Shown: positions 36,301 through 60,310 of the stretch, piece by piece
Layout of the letters: every line of letters starts with the position of its first letter
Numbering within the stretch: the stretch's first letter is position 1
Assembly: GCF_011386835.1 (NCBI RefSeq)
Contig: NC_088801.1
Span: 1,860,001-1,924,000 of the forward strand
DNA: 64,000 bases
Reading direction: 5' to 3'
Origin: Chrysemys picta bellii
Taxonomy: Eukaryota
Position numbers and translations under genes: made by a program
Notes under the pieces: generated by a model
Told to the model about the DNA's origin: nothing
The model's database searches: none
What the model saw: the letters and a program-made list of their open reading frames with translations, nothing else

Positions 36301-39300
36301 TGTGGTCCATGACTGTGACGGGTGAGTCACTGAAGAATAAAAGCTGATGTTTCGTACCAGCTTTCATCCACAAGTGGAATTACTGAGGACGTTCAGTCTC
36401 CCATGATGCTCCAGACTGAGACCTACTGGTTTTGAGGAGTGTGTGTATATATGTCGAAACTCTTCCAGGTGCCGTACTGACCCGTTTCTTGCTCTGCAGG
36501 AAATACGAAGCATGAAGCTCGCAGGCTGCCATTCGGTGTTTGAACGGGAGGCCAGACTCCGACAAGAGCCGTTACTCGCTCAGCTGTGGCACATCGCACT
36601 AGGAGGCCCCTTGGTGCCAGAACATGGCTCTTCCCTTGCAGGATGGACTACACTGAAATCCAGGTTGTGACCTAAGTGGGTAAATCAGGAAGGTGATTTG
36701 CCCTTTGCTGGCAGCACAGAGACCAGCGAGGGGACAGAGCAGCCCAGGGACTGGTTTTAGATGAAACCGGTGGGGAAGAAAGCAACTCCGAGAGAAGCAG
36801 TTCTGTCCAGCAACAGGCAGCACAAGAGGACAGCGGATGTGCATCAGGCTATGGCACTGAGAGTCAAGGACATGGGATCAATCTTTGGCTCCCGCACTGC
36901 TTCGTGTTCTAGAACTATCCCAGCATTGCTTTCTGTTTGCCTGGGGAGAAGGTGATGGCTTTAGTTCTGGTCTTTGACGGAAAAAAGACTTCCCCTCTCC
37001 CACCTCTGCAAGACCATTATAAAGGGCAGCCAGAATTCTGTAAACAAAAGGATTTAACAAGCCTAATGCAAATAGGCATTTTGGAGGATTGGGGGGTATT
37101 TTAAACATTTAAACTCTTCCCTGCAGTGTTGGAAAAACAGCATCACGCTAGTGTTCGAGAAACTGGCCAGTCTCGTTTCACTGCCCAAGCTGAACGAAGT
37201 GCACAGAGTAAACAAACAGCATCAAGAATGAAGAGATTAATACAACTGAAAGAATGTTTACACAGCCTAGATAATCTTATCAGGGCTGCATGTGAGAGCT
37301 CTTTAAGTCACCACCCTAGCAGGTTACATCTAGCCCATCTTTCTCTCTCTCTCTCTCACACACACACGCGGGCCCCCTCTCGTACAAAACAGTTTCCTAA
37401 GTCTATTCGTTTAATAAATTTAGCTGAAGGAGGAGCTCAAACTAGATGGCAACCAATCACACCTTGTTTGAATAGTCTTCCTTGCTGCTACTCTGAGGCC
37501 TGGGGTACACCTAAAACTTAGCTCAACCTAGCTACCTTGCTCAGGGGTGAATTTTCCACACCTGTGAGAGACATCGTTAAGCCCACCTTAGCCCTGGTAT
37601 AGACATCTCTATCCCAGTAGAATTCTCCCGGTGACCTACCCATCGCTTCTCGAGGTTGTGGATTTATTGCAGCAATGGAGACACCTCTTCTGTCACTGCA
37701 GCGAGTGTCTATACCACAGCGGCATAGCTGCAGCAATTGTAGTGTAGTCCTAGCCTGAGTCTGATGTTGACAGAGTCCCCATAATACATTGGCCAAGATG
37801 TGCAAGATGGTCCCTGTTACCTACTAGCTGGAAGCCAGACGTTGGTTCGTACAAATACAATAACCTAGCCATAGGTCATACAGCTGTGTTCACTGCCATT
37901 GTCCTCTCCGCTACCCTGTTGCGGCCGGAGATGGCTGTATCCAGTTTTGACTGTTCCTGATGGAGTGCAGGCCTATCTCCTGGATAACGACAATGAGGTG
38001 ATTGTGACTCAGCCGGGGATAAGCACATCGGTTTTGACTGTTATGTTATTGGCAGTGTACACTCGTGTCTGGAATCTGCCTCTCACCCTCTGCATTGTGT
38101 TTAGAAGGAACCATTAGGAAAAGGCTAGATAATAAGACAGAAAATATCATAATGCCACTATATAAATCAATGGTACGCTCGCACCTTGACTACTGCATGA
38201 AGTTCTGGTCACCCCATCTCAAAAAAGAGGTATTATAATTGAAAAAAGGATAGAGGAGAGTAACAAAAAACAGTTAGGGATATGGAACAGCTTCTGTATG
38301 AACAGAGATTAAAATGAATGACCGGGACTGTTCAGCTTAGAAAAGAGACAACTAAGGGGGGATACGATAGAGATCTATAAAATCATGACTGATGTGGAGA
38401 AAGCGAACAGGGAAGTGTTATTTACCTCTTCACATAACAGAAGAGCCAAGGGTCACCCAATGAAATTAACCAGCAGCAGGTTTAAAACAAACATACGTAA
38501 GTATTTCTGCACACAACGCACAGTCAACCTGTGGAACTCATTGCCAGGGGATGTTGTGAAGGCCAAAACTATAACTGGGTCCAAAAAAGAATTGGATAAG
38601 TTCATGGAGGGAAGGTCCAGCACTGGCTATTAGCCAAGACGGTAAAGGTAACAACGCCATGCTCTGGGTGTCCCTAAACCTCTGACTGTCAGACACTGGG
38701 ACTGGACAAGAGTGGATGGATCACTCGCTAATTGCCCTGTTCTGTTCACTCTCCCTACTGATCTGGCACTGGCCACTGTGGGAAGACAGGCTACTGGGCT
38801 AGCTGGACCATTGGTCTGACCCAGGATGGCTGTTCCTATGGAAAGGACAGTACCGCGCACTGTTTGACACAGAGCCCTGGAAGCTGAAGAACTCTGTTCA
38901 GAAAAAGGAAGGATTAACAAAGTGACGTTGGTTCAGAGAACCTGGGCTCTGAGGAGTTTCCCATCTGAATTGGCGGAGGAGACCCAGAGTCAGAATAATC
39001 CTAGTGTTGAGCAGAAACACACTGTACCACCCCAGTCACTGTCCTTTTGACATGCGTATCCAAGTTAGCTGGGCCTCGCCAGGCCCCATCAAACTGAACG
39101 GCTGTCAACAGTTCTATCAATCCCCAGACAGACATTCTGACTGCACCAGCCATCGTTGCCTCCTATTTGCACACGCTCCAACCCGCCAAGGAGCCTGCCC
39201 AAGCTGGTTTGTGGATTTGAGCACTCTCAATGCAACGGAGACAGTAGCTGCAGAACAAGGCCCTGAAGGAAGGGAAGGAGGGGACCTACAGTACCCATAA

Positions 39301-42300
39301 CGGTCAGGGAATACCAGCATTTGTCCACGACCTGGCAGTTGTAACCTCATCCCATGATTTCCCAGTTACAGCAATATGCATCACCTACCAGAGAAGTCAA
39401 ACAGGAACCTGGGCTTCCACCTCTCCAGCAAGAGAATTCCAAGCAGAGAGATGCTGAGGAGAAAGAGAGGCCGCAGAGAAGTGGAGGAAAACAACCTGGG
39501 AAACCAAACAGAGCCGTTATTAGCTGGTGCACTGGGAAGAAAGCTGCGAGCCCCTGTTACTAAGATGAATCCATAACTGCGGCTTTGTGGGCAGACGGAC
39601 TTCCCCCTCTGTGCCAGAGTTCCTTCCCCCACTGTAGAATAAGGAGAGCTGCACAAGTACAAATCCTCACAGCGCAACACACTGTACATGCAAATTGTTA
39701 TAACTGACTCTTTAGGAGGTGCGCTGGGAAGACCAGCTCAGTTTTGAAAAGAACTGCGGTGACAGATGATACATCGGTTTCTAAACCATTGTCAGAGAGC
39801 ATCAGATGGCAACAGAAACAGATCCAGAATCTGCTTCCAAACATTAGTTCTTTTGCTGGTCCTCTCCCCCACTGATCTGAGCATGGGTCACATGCAGCAT
39901 GTGGCCCTGCCACTCACCTGATGTAGATGGATTGGAACCCAGGCTCTTCCGTCTCCCTCACTGACATTCTGGCCTGTACCCAACAGCCCCAGAGATCCAT
40001 GCTCATCCCTAGCTAGAGGGGCTGTCTCCTCCCAACACTTCATAAATTCAACAGTAAAAGCTGCTCATGAAACATGCCACCCCCCCAACTCCAGCCCCAT
40101 TCGTCTTGGTTTCTCACCTCCCAGCAGCAAGCAAAGAAAGGTTAACCAGAGCCCGTCAACCCCATCCTTGGGCCAGCCACGGGCTGAAGAGGGAGCGATA
40201 CACTCCTCGCCCACTATGCTTTCAGGCTGAAAGTGCTCTCAGCCCAGGGAGCACAAAACCGCACTTAGCTTCACCTTGCTAGAAACACTTATCAAGAGAC
40301 TAACCTCAAATAGGGAAGTGCACTAGAAATACAGACTAGATAACCAGGAGGTGCACGCATCTCACCGTGCAGAGCGACAGAGAGCTGAACTCCAGGGTAA
40401 ACCAAAGAATCAGAAGTTAGAGAGCTCAGAAGAGAGATTAGGTCTTATCAAGGGCCACGCAAAACAACCTCCCTTTCCCTTCAGTGGGGCCAAGACAGAA
40501 CTGTTCCCATCTCTTCCCTTGCGGTGAGGATTCTACGGCTAGAAACATACCAGCTCAGGAAGCTTTTCCTACAGTTCACCTTCAATGTCTCTTTTCTGAA
40601 TTTCAGCTCATAATCTCCAATTATAGCCCCTGTGGGACTATACTCAGGCCTTCCCCCACCTGCGGCAATTAAACCATTCTGTGTCCCACACCCCATTTTA
40701 ATCCACTGTAATTGTTACTTAGCCAAACTAGACACATTTAGCTCCTTTAATCTTTCCTCATACATCAGTCTCCCAAACACACCAGCGTCACAGCACAGCT
40801 CCAGCTTCAAAGCTCTGCTCTGGATTTACCCTCTAAATTCAGCACATTAGTTCATAGTCATTTAAGGAGATGCATATGATGCAAGTTTCCAGGTGGGTAA
40901 TTTTAAGGAAGAGGGAACAGTAATAGAAGATGATTTAAATGAGTGACTGGTCAAGTATCTTTTTTCTTCCCATAATTTTAGATTCAATTGTTCATTGTTT
41001 TGGCATCTAAAAAAAAAAAAAAAAAGATTTTCTGACCAATTTTGCCCTTTTCTGTCTGGAAGACCACAGACTGAACATTTTGCCAAAAAAACGGACTCAC
41101 TGTTTACATGAGTAAACAGGATGTTTTTCATTCCAGTCCACAGCTTGGTTCTGCCACTCATCCTCCAAATTTGTTAATGCTGCTGCTGTAAGTGTGGGGG
41201 AGGAAACAGGCAGGCACAGGGCGGGATGGAAGGAATGTGCCAGGACAGAAATACAGAGCAGCTATTGGCTTAGCAAGAGATCAAGGTCCCCAAACACTGA
41301 GATCAATTAGTGGAGGGGCCGAGGTGGAATGTAGCACCTCCTCCCAGCCCAGAACATGACTAGGGTTACTAACCTACTGTGACCATGGGATGAAGTGCAC
41401 TAATTTAACTAGAAACATGCCTGGGCGAGGCTCCAATTAGCTACAGCTGCCAACAGGAGCAAGCACTTTATCATCATAGGCCAAATCCTGTAGAACCCCT
41501 TGGCACCTCCCTGGTAGCAGGGAGAGGCCTGTTTGTGCTTGTCAAAGGAAAGCAGCAGGGTTACTCCAGGCTAAACACAAGCCACACAATTCTGTGTTAT
41601 GGACTGTGGCTGACCTCATCTTGAATACAGAAGTGTAGCCCATGGACCAAGGGGGCATTAGACAGACAGAACATCTGCGCAGGGGTCTCCTCTTTGGACA
41701 AGATGGAGTACTGTATGCTGGGACCCCTACTACCAATGGTTTGCACCTCCATACCCAGGGCAGATGCAAAGGACTGTTTTATGCAAGCTAGATGCCAGCT
41801 GGTAAGAGGTCAGTGTAACTCCTAGATGGACACATCTTGGATGTTCCCATAGTGAAGGGTATTTGCTGCTTCATCCTCCCTCCCTGCCTCACGATACCGT
41901 TGATGTTTTACAGTCTCCCACATTAGGTACATTCCCCCTGTGCACTTCTCTTGGGATTAACTAAAAAATGGCAATCACACCAGCTATTAAACACATGCAG
42001 TAGGGACAGAGAAGAGTCTTGTACTTTGGTTTTTTAAAAATATTTTGGAGAATTTTAATTCTCAGAAAAGATGAGGCTTTGTACTAGGAAAGGTAGTATA
42101 AGCTCTCACCACCCCACTCTAGCAGCACCTCTCCAGGGTGACCCACAGACACCATTAATTAATTCTGGAGTCCTCAAGACAGCTTGGCTAATGCACCTCA
42201 ATCCTAACCTGCAGCATCGTCCATTAATGCAGCCCTGGATCATTCTAGCTCAGGGGTAGGCAACCTATTGCATGTGTGCCAAAGGTGACACGCGAGCTGA

Positions 42301-44619
42301 TTTTCAGCGGCACTCACAGTGCCCGGGTCCTGGCCACCGGTCCGGGGGGCTCTGCATTTTATTTAATTTTAAATGAAGCTTCTTAAACATTTTAAAAACC
42401 TTATTTACTTTACATACAACAATAGTTTCGTTATATATTATAGACTTATAGAAAAAGACCTTCTAAAAAAAGTTAAAATGCATTACTGGCACGCGAAACC
42501 TTAAATTAGAGTGAATAAATGAAGACTCGGCACACCACTTCTGAAAGGTTGCTGACCCCTGTTCTACCTACTGCTAACATTGCTAGACATGGCAATGATT
42601 TTGCGGTATGGCAGCAACTCAATTTCCTTTCCCTTTCCCCTGCTCGCATTATCTTGTAAACATCTGCATGCAACTGCCCACAATGGTTTTCTAGCTTTGC
42701 ACTTTACCCACTGTTCTCACACACTTTCTGCTCTGAGACAGTCATGAGATTTGCCCTGGGTTTAGCCTGCAGGATGCTTTGGGGAGAGCGGGTCACTCTA
42801 GGCTTTGTTTTAGTCTCCCCTCAAGCCTCCCTCACATCAGACCATCCAGGTTCTTGGAAGACGTCCCAAAGTGTGTTTAGAAACGCTTTTCTGTAATGAG
42901 GTTCTACAGAACATCACTTGACATTCCATCTGCACTTCAGAACAGGAATTGTAGATTTCTTTAAAGATCATGAGGAGAATACACCCTGGCAATCGATGCG
43001 TGAGAGAATTATAGAACTGGGCACTGAACTGCTCACACCCAGCTTTATACTGGCCAGGAAGCCAAAGGAAACTGGCTCATTGGCCTCGAACTGGGGACAT
43101 GTGAACTCTGCCCAACTCACATAGACAACTTGCCAGGAGTTCCAAGGATCCCCTAAATTTATATAAAATGGATCAGCCCTCTGAGACGCCCAGTGACATC
43201 ACAAGATACCTTATCTTGGGCTATGCAGCCTGGCTGCAGTTTGAGATCTACAGCTCCACTAGCTGCACCTTAGAGAAGAGGGCAACAGCAGGGCACAGTG
43301 CAGAACTCCATGGACCACATTTCTTTCTGTCCTACAACAGGGTTGCACTTGTCCCTGTGCAGAAGTGATACTGCATTCAGTCCCCTAGGGAGAAGGTGAA
43401 AAACACTCGTTTCACCCAGATCTAAAGCAACACCAGTTTTTCCTGAACAAGTACAGTAGCACTGACCAAGCTCCGGAGAGAATTCCAACTCTCCCACCAC
43501 AGCAGCATCACCATGAGATGGCATATGTGAGGAAGGGACAAGAACCTACATTGAGGCAGAGAGCCCCACTCTCCACAAATGGACAAGATTTGTAACACAT
43601 CTCCTCAGAGAAACAGTCTGAATGCAGCATCTGGTTTTCTGGGCAGTTTCTGCTGCTTTCCGTCCTACGGAGTGCAGATTTCATTGCGTTCCAATGGGAA
43701 CAATCAACTGAGGTACCAGGAGACAAGGAAGATGAGAACAGCACTGCGTGAAATCCTTACAAAACAACTCAGAAAATGCACTTCAATAGAAGCATCACTG
43801 CGGGGCTGAATTCCCCTACCCACCTTCCCTCCAGAGCTAGAGTGTGAACGGCCAGGCACCGCAGCTCACAGCAACACTGACCTGGGCAGGAACCAGGGAC
43901 CCCGACATCAGCATCACCCCTAGCAGCGTTTAGTGCCAGTTAGCGGGGATCTCCCCCGCTCACACTGCGGGGGCCCCCAAATCCCCAGCGCCCTAACCCC
44001 CCCTGGCCCCCCCAGCCTCAGATCCCCCTCGCCCCCCCCCCAGGCCTCAGACCCCCCCCAGCCTCAGATCCCCCTCGCCCCCCCCCAGGCCTCAGACCCC
44101 CCCCAGCCTCAGACCCCCCTGGCCCCCCCAGCCTCAGATCCCCCTCGCCCCCTCCCCCCGCCCCTCCTCCCCCAGGCCTCAGACCCCCCCCACGCCTCAG
44201 ACCCCCTTCTCCCGCCCCAGTCTCAGACCCCCCTCGCCCCTTCCCCCCGGCCTCAGCCCCCCTCCCACCCTCCGCCCCGGTGCCCCTCCCCCCCAGGCCT
44301 CAGACCCCCCCCCGCCCCTCAGACCCCCTTTTCCCGCCCCAGTCTCAGACCCCCCCCGCCCCTCCCCCCCCCGGCCTCAGCCCCCCTCCCACCCCCCGCC
44401 CCGGTGCCCCCGCGCCCCCGCTCACCACAGGGCCCCCCCGAGCCCGCCGGCCGTGACCAGGCTGTGCAGCGGCCTCTCCCAGACCAGGAGCCGCTGCGCC
44501 GCCGCCAGCGCCGCCTCCCAGCCCCGCAGCCGCTGCCTCAGCGCCGCCGCCAGCCGCTCCATGGCCTCCTCGTCCGCCTCGGGCCCCGCCGCCTCCTCCG
44601 CCCGGCCGCCGCTCGCCAT
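24381..44619 (-). CDS. RETREG2: Reticulophagy regulator 2 (FAM134A), ER-phagy receptor
   Basis: Exons 44619-44426, 39495-39389, 32569-32539 (31-nt micro-exon), 31683-31548, 29998-29914, 28056-27919, 27479-27385, 26317-26182, 25099-24381. Total 1641 nt = 546 aa plus stop, phases consistent. Motifs [67 protein letters not shown] and LIR DDFELL match FAM134A. Confidence 0.97.
28105..28810 (+). mobile_element. CR1 LINE 3' fragment, degenerate
   Basis: [47 protein letters not shown] peptide, followed by the CR1 3' UTR and tail. Confidence 0.92.
29520..29625. mobile_element. Penelope-like inverted-repeat remnant
   Basis: ttagagagac..ggcgggtgagg faces cctcgcccaccttgtctctctaa as an inverted repeat around cttttattggaccaac. 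Family assignment is from recall. Confidence 0.5.
30460..30520. mobile_element. MIR/CORE-SINE core fragment
   Basis: cagatggggaaactgaggca core motif. Confidence 0.55.
33735..34017. mobile_element. 283-bp hAT-family MITE
   Basis: 12-bp perfect TIR CAGGGGCGGCTC / GAGCCGCCCCTG; perfect 8-bp TSD GTCTCACT at 33727-33734 and 34018-34025. Confidence 0.92.
34812..34874. mobile_element. 63-bp internally deleted solo-LTR-like element
   Basis: Ends TGTGACA...TGTCACA; 5-bp TSD GAGGG at 34807-34811 and 34875-34879. Confidence 0.7.
35112..35258. mobile_element. 147-bp Tc1/mariner (Tigger-like) MITE
   Basis: TIR caccagaccctcgctagaa / ttctagcgagggtccgctg with TA on both sides. Confidence 0.8.
37497..37755. 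mobile_element. PIF/Harbinger-like MITE
   Basis: Degenerate TIR ggcctggggtacac / gtgtagtcctagcc; 3-bp TGA on both sides. A related, probably truncated copy lies at about 48416-48660. Confidence 0.6.
38128..38840 (+). mobile_element. CR1 LINE 3' fragment, degenerate
   Basis: [41 protein letters not shown] peptide and the CR1 tail ggaccattggtctgacccagg. Confidence 0.92.
40700..40785 (-). mobile_element. Short old CR1 relic
   Basis: ttagccaaactagacacatttagctcctttaatctttcctcata resembles the antisense of the CR1 ORF2 end (recalled). Confidence 0.4.
42251..42561. mobile_element. 311-bp hAT-Charlie-like MITE
   Basis: TIR CAGGGGTAGGCAACCT / AGGTTGCTGACCCCTG; 8-bp TSD TTCTAGCT / TTCTACCT (one mismatch); AT-rich interior. 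Confidence 0.85.
43975..44420. repeat. C-rich minisatellite in RETREG2 intron 1
   Basis: Repeated cccccaggcctcagaccccc units. Confidence 0.9.
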
Positions 44620-44814
44620 GGCTGCTCCGGCTCCGGCTCCGGGCCCAGCTCCGGGGGGAGGGGCGCCTGTCAGCCGCAGGCGGAAGGAGCCGCGCGCTGA
44701 GGCCGGCCTGGGCGCGGAGCCATCACGTGATAGGGGCCGGAGGCCGAGGGGGGGCGCTCCCCCAGCACGTGACCCAGGACATAGGTGTTACGCGCGCTAG
44801 CTCACAGCTCTACA

Positions 44815-44946
44815 TCACGTGTTCCCGCATGGCTCGCCCTCTTCACGTCACGTGTTCCCGCATGGCTAGCCCTCTTCACGTCACGTGTTCCCGCATGGCT
44901 AGCCCTCTTCACGTGACGTGTTCCCGCATGGCTAGCCCTCTTCACG
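44815..44946. repeat. 33-bp x4 tandem repeat carrying E-box/CLEAR-, UPRE- and E2F-like motifs
   Basis: Unit t(c/g)acgtgttcccgcatggct(a/c)gccctcttcacg starts at 44815, 44848, 44881 and 44914. Confidence 0.95.
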
Positions 44947-45192
44947 TGACGCTAGTCACTGCACTGCGCGTGCTCCAGTTTAGCTCTTCCCAGTCCTTCA
45001 TAGGGGGTAGCGGCGGCGGGTGCACCCTTAGCCAAATGCGCATGCGTGCTCCTTGCTGCTGGGCGGGGCTCATAATGGGCAGTGCACAGGACAGGTGGTA
45101 GCTGGTGGGGGGGGGCGATGGTGGGTTCCTAAGCCCCGCCCCCTTGCGTGGCCTTTAGCATGGGGGGGGGAAGCAGGGACAACACCCCAGGG

Positions 45193-45314
45193 TAGGGTGA
45201 CTAGATGTCTCGATTTTATAGGGACAGTCCCGATTTTGGGTCTTTTTCTTATCTAGGCTCCTATTACCCCCCACCCCCATCCCCATTTTTCACACTTGCT
45301 GTCTGGTCACCCTA
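45193..45314. mobile_element. hAT MITE, same family as 20436-20559, opposite orientation
   Basis: TIR tagggtgactaga / tctggtcacccta. The interior is the near reverse complement of the 20436 copy. TSD is degenerate (ccccaggg / ccccggga). Confidence 0.85.
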
Positions 45315-46114
45315 CCCCGGGAGTCCCTGCAGCCCAGGCTGTGTGCATTGTGTTCTGCTGTGGGGTCCGCACCCCCTGTGTGCCTTTCCCTGGGGCCAAA
45401 CTCGGGCTGCTGGGGCCTGTCTGCCAAGCCCTGCAGCCTGCCGACCCCACGAGTAGGGACGTTACAGGCCAAATAGCTTGGGCCCAGTCTCTCTCGCAGG
45501 GCCATCCATCGCGGACTTGCTGTCCAATCTCTCCGGCATGTCTGTTATCACCAGGGTCCCCCAGGCAGAGCGGTTCCCTCAATTACTCCTTTCCTGGGCA
45601 GGGGGTGAACAGTCGGGCCACCACCACCCTGCTGCTGTTTCTGGGCGTGTCCCAATTTCCTCCCTGCAATCTCACCGGACATGGGGGTTGACAAAATATC
45701 ATCTCGCTGTGGCAGGCCGGGATGTTGTTGTGACAGAACTCACAATGGGTGAGTTTGTCCCCAAAAGACGGCAGCTTGGAGAGGGAAATGCTGTTCCCCC
45801 CGGTTCCTGGACATCTCTCAATCACTGGGGTGACGCCTGCCCCGGGCCCAGAATGTGGCATTTAATCCCTTGGTCACTTCCCTGCACATGCCAAGGAGAC
45901 AGTTTCTCATCACGTTTGTACCTACAAGCAAGAATGACCCCAGGGTCAGATTTGTCCTGGCAGATAAACAGGCGAGGATCTTAACCTCTCAAGTCCTCCA
46001 GCTGCTTATAAGCTGCCCGGAGGTAATAACGATCCATCCTTTACCCATCCAGAGGAGCCGGGAGCATTTCACACACATTGATCAGTCTGCGCAGTCCCCG
46101 AGTGGCGCACTGCT

Positions 46115-46235
46115 GTCCCCAGCTTGCAGAGAGGGGAAACTGAGGCCCAGAGGGGGAAGTGACTCAGCCAAGGTCACAGCCCTGGGAGCTGGAGGTGCGA
46201 ACAGAACCCAGGCGTCCTGGCTCCGAGCCCAGTGC
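46115..46235. mobile_element. MIR/CORE-SINE fragment
   Basis: gaggggaaactgaggcccagagggggaagtgactcagccaaggtcacag...gaacccagg matches the MIR core pattern. Confidence 0.7.
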
Positions 46236-46560
46236 TTGACCCGGCCCATCCTGCTTCTCACTCAGCTGCCCGGTGGGACCGGGGCTCGGCGCTGTACCTC
46301 GCGGCTCCCCCAGCTGGCTCCGCCCCATCAGACTCACGGCCCCAAGCAGGGAGCGACCCATCCCCGCGGTAGCCGGGCGCTGGGGAAGGAGGCCGCGGAC
46401 GGGCCCAGAGCCTCGCTGGCTGGTGAATCGCCGCCGGGAGCTTCCGGCCGGGCCGCGCTGAGACACTCCCCCTGCCCCGGGAAGAGGAAGGGCGAGAGAC
46501 CGACCCGACCCCACCCCCGCCCCGGTACGGAGCGGGCACCCGGCACCCCCCGCCCGCGGG

Positions 46561-57866
<11,306 letters not shown>

Positions 57867-58538
57867 GGCTGCACAGTGACCCCATGGCCCAGCTCGGCCC
57901 CTAGGGAGGCCCTGGCCTGTGGGGCTGGGAGGGCCAGGCCGCCACGTTAGTTCCAAGCCAGCGTTTGGACCCCGTGGGTCGGGCTTCTCTTTGCCAGACT
58001 CTTCAGGCTTTACTGGGCGGGGGCAGCTGTGGGCAGGGTCTGGCTGAGTGCAGGGGTGGTGGGGCTGCCTGGGGCTGGCATGGGGGCTTGGCGGCTGTGG
58101 GGTGCAGCGGCTCTGCTGGGGGATTAGGGTGCCCCAAAGCAGGGGTGCCAGTCTGGGGAGGGCACTGCTCACCCGTGCCCCATTGGTGCCTCCCAGTGAA
58201 GCTGGGATCTCGACCCCCTGCTGCATTGGGCAGCGTGGAGGGTGGGGGGAGCAGGGCTGGCACATGAGGCTCTGGGCCCTTGGGCTGCACGGTGGAGGGG
58301 CCGGGTGTGTGTGTGTGGGGGGGAGGGGCGGCAGGGCACTCTGTGACGGGGCTGTAAGCTCCAGAGGGGAGTTAGGGGCCTGACGGCCTGGAGTGGATCT
58401 GCCGGGCGTGGGGAGAAGGGGCTGGTTCTGCTGCCCAGCCTCACCCGCCGTGCCAGCTCTCGCCCCGCCCAGCACCAGCTCTTTTTACGCTGGATTTTAA
58501 ATCCGTTTTTCACTCTTTTGTAGATGAAAATCTCTTCC

Positions 58539-58544
58539 AATAAA
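58539..58544 (+). terminator. Polyadenylation signal AATAAA, probably for CNPPD1
   Basis: About 670 nt after the CNPPD1 stop, preceded by a T-rich stretch. Confidence 0.65.
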
Positions 58545-60310
58545 GGTAGCTCTGGCTGTGCGCCCATCTCGCCCTTTCTCCCGCCGCCTCTCGCCCCAGC
58601 GGGTCCCAGGCCAGGGGCTCTTCCCCCACCACTGAAATGCAGCCACCTCTGGGCCGGGGCACGGCAGCTGGTTCACAGCCCCCCAGCAACGCAGTGCGGT
58701 GTGTAAGGAGGAGCCTGCTGAAGGGGGAGGGGAGGAATTGCCCCAGCTGGACTGGCCCGGGCCCAACATCTCTGCCATGCAGAAGGCAGCAACACTCCTC
58801 CACGTCCTGCCCCGGCCCCGGCCCCCTAGAGACCTGCAACATGATTGCTCCTTATCTCCCCAGGCTCACCCCAGCCCCCATCCTAGGTGTGTTCTGCGCC
58901 CAGCTGCCTCCGACAGAAACGCCCCCACATCCAGCCACGCTTCACCCCTGCCCCGGCTTCCCCAGGGGAGAGCAGGAGAAAACAGACGTGCCCTATGAGA
59001 GTCACATCACCTACGGCCCCGTGGAGGGGCTGTCCCCACCATGGCACAGCCTGCCAGCCCCCCTCCTTCCTCCAGGTCTGGGTCAGCAGGGCAGAGCGAG
59101 CTGGGTGCGTTGCACCTGGCCCCTGGAGAGGGATTGGCCCTGTTCCATGTCTCTCGTGCAGGGCGGAGCATATTGGTGCTTAACAGCTAGTAATAGTGAT
59201 CCTAAGGGAGAGCCCCCCCCCCCGCCTGCAGCATAGTGGCCCCTGTGTCCCTTCCTGCTGTGCTGGGGGCAGCACGCTGCGATCACTGACTGGAGCCCCC
59301 ACAGCACAGCGCCACCTAGAAAGTCCCCCAGCCGTTCCCTGCAGTACGGGGCTTCTGGCATGACTGCACCATGATCCCTGACTCGGAGGGTGCCCCCTAG
59401 TATCCCCAATGAGCTCACCTCCCGCTCCCTGCAGTCCCACGTCCCCAGCAGCAGCGTACCGCAATCGCTGACTCAGAGAGCGCCCCTTCCTGAATCCCCA
59501 GCGGTACTTTCTGGAGTCACGGGGAGGTCCCAGGAGGTCTCCCATCCAAGCACAGTCCCTGCTGCCCCCTGCTTAACATGAGTGATCAGGACAGGTCCCA
59601 GTGGTCAGGACTCCCATGGCCTGGTCCCCTCTCACCAGCCCAGGAGACTGCCCCCCTCCCCCCCCCGGTGGGGGTACCCAGCAGCCTGGCCCGGTTTGCT
59701 CTGGTTTTGCTAGCAGTGCTGGGATGGCTGGTGTGGTGGCAGGGGAGAGGAGCTGCCGGTTGCCCCCTGAGGAATGTGGGGAATGCATGGCTCCCCTTTG
59801 CCCTTTGCTCCCTTCACAGTCTCCAGTTAATAAGTGAACTCGGACCGAGCAGGGGCTGGGTCTGCAGCGCCCCACACAAGGAAATCGCCAGCCCCCGGCA
59901 CGGTGCCCACCCGGGGCTGGGCACAAGACGAGGCTGTTGCGAAGGGGAGGGCGGGACCGGTGAAACAGGGGGCTGGTTTAATCTCAGTGGAATAAATAGG
60001 CCCAAAGAGACACTGGTGTTACTGTGACCCAGGCACTGTCCAACATTAACCCGCGTTAGCCACATTGGGGCTTGGTTGCCAGGACCTGAGCCGGGCTAGC
60101 ACCCGGCAGACAAAGCTGCCAGTCTTGCGAGCCCCGCACTGAGGATACGGAAAAGGAGGAAAAGCCGTTCAAGCCTTTGGACTAGATGGGTGTGAATGAG
60201 GCTCTCCTGGGAACAGCAGCCCTGTCCCCTTTCCCTGGAGCTGGGGAGAGAAAGCCCGTGTCTGACAGTCTGTTAGATGGGTGGAAAGATGGTGAGAACA
60301 ACAAGGAATC

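Larger units (their letters stand above)
44620..46560. promoter_or_regulatory. Shared head-to-head promoter region of RETREG2 and CNPPD1
   Basis: Divergent ATGs at 44619 (minus) and 46561 (plus), with CpG-rich ends. TCACGTGA at 44723-44730, CACGTG at 44766-44771, NRF1-like TGCGCATGCG at 45037-45046, ETS-type CTTCCGG at 46441. Confidence 0.75.

Noticed and set aside
36225-36310. Hairpin agagcacagcatg / catgctgtgcttct as a possible pre-miRNA
   Set aside because: The stem is short, the loop is about 28 nt, and no mature sequence is recognisable. More likely a decayed foldback repeat.
44815-44946. Possible CRISPR-like array (also considered for the 79-bp and 90-bp arrays)
   Set aside because: Units are head-to-tail with no unique spacers, there are no cas genes, and the context is a eukaryotic spliced locus.
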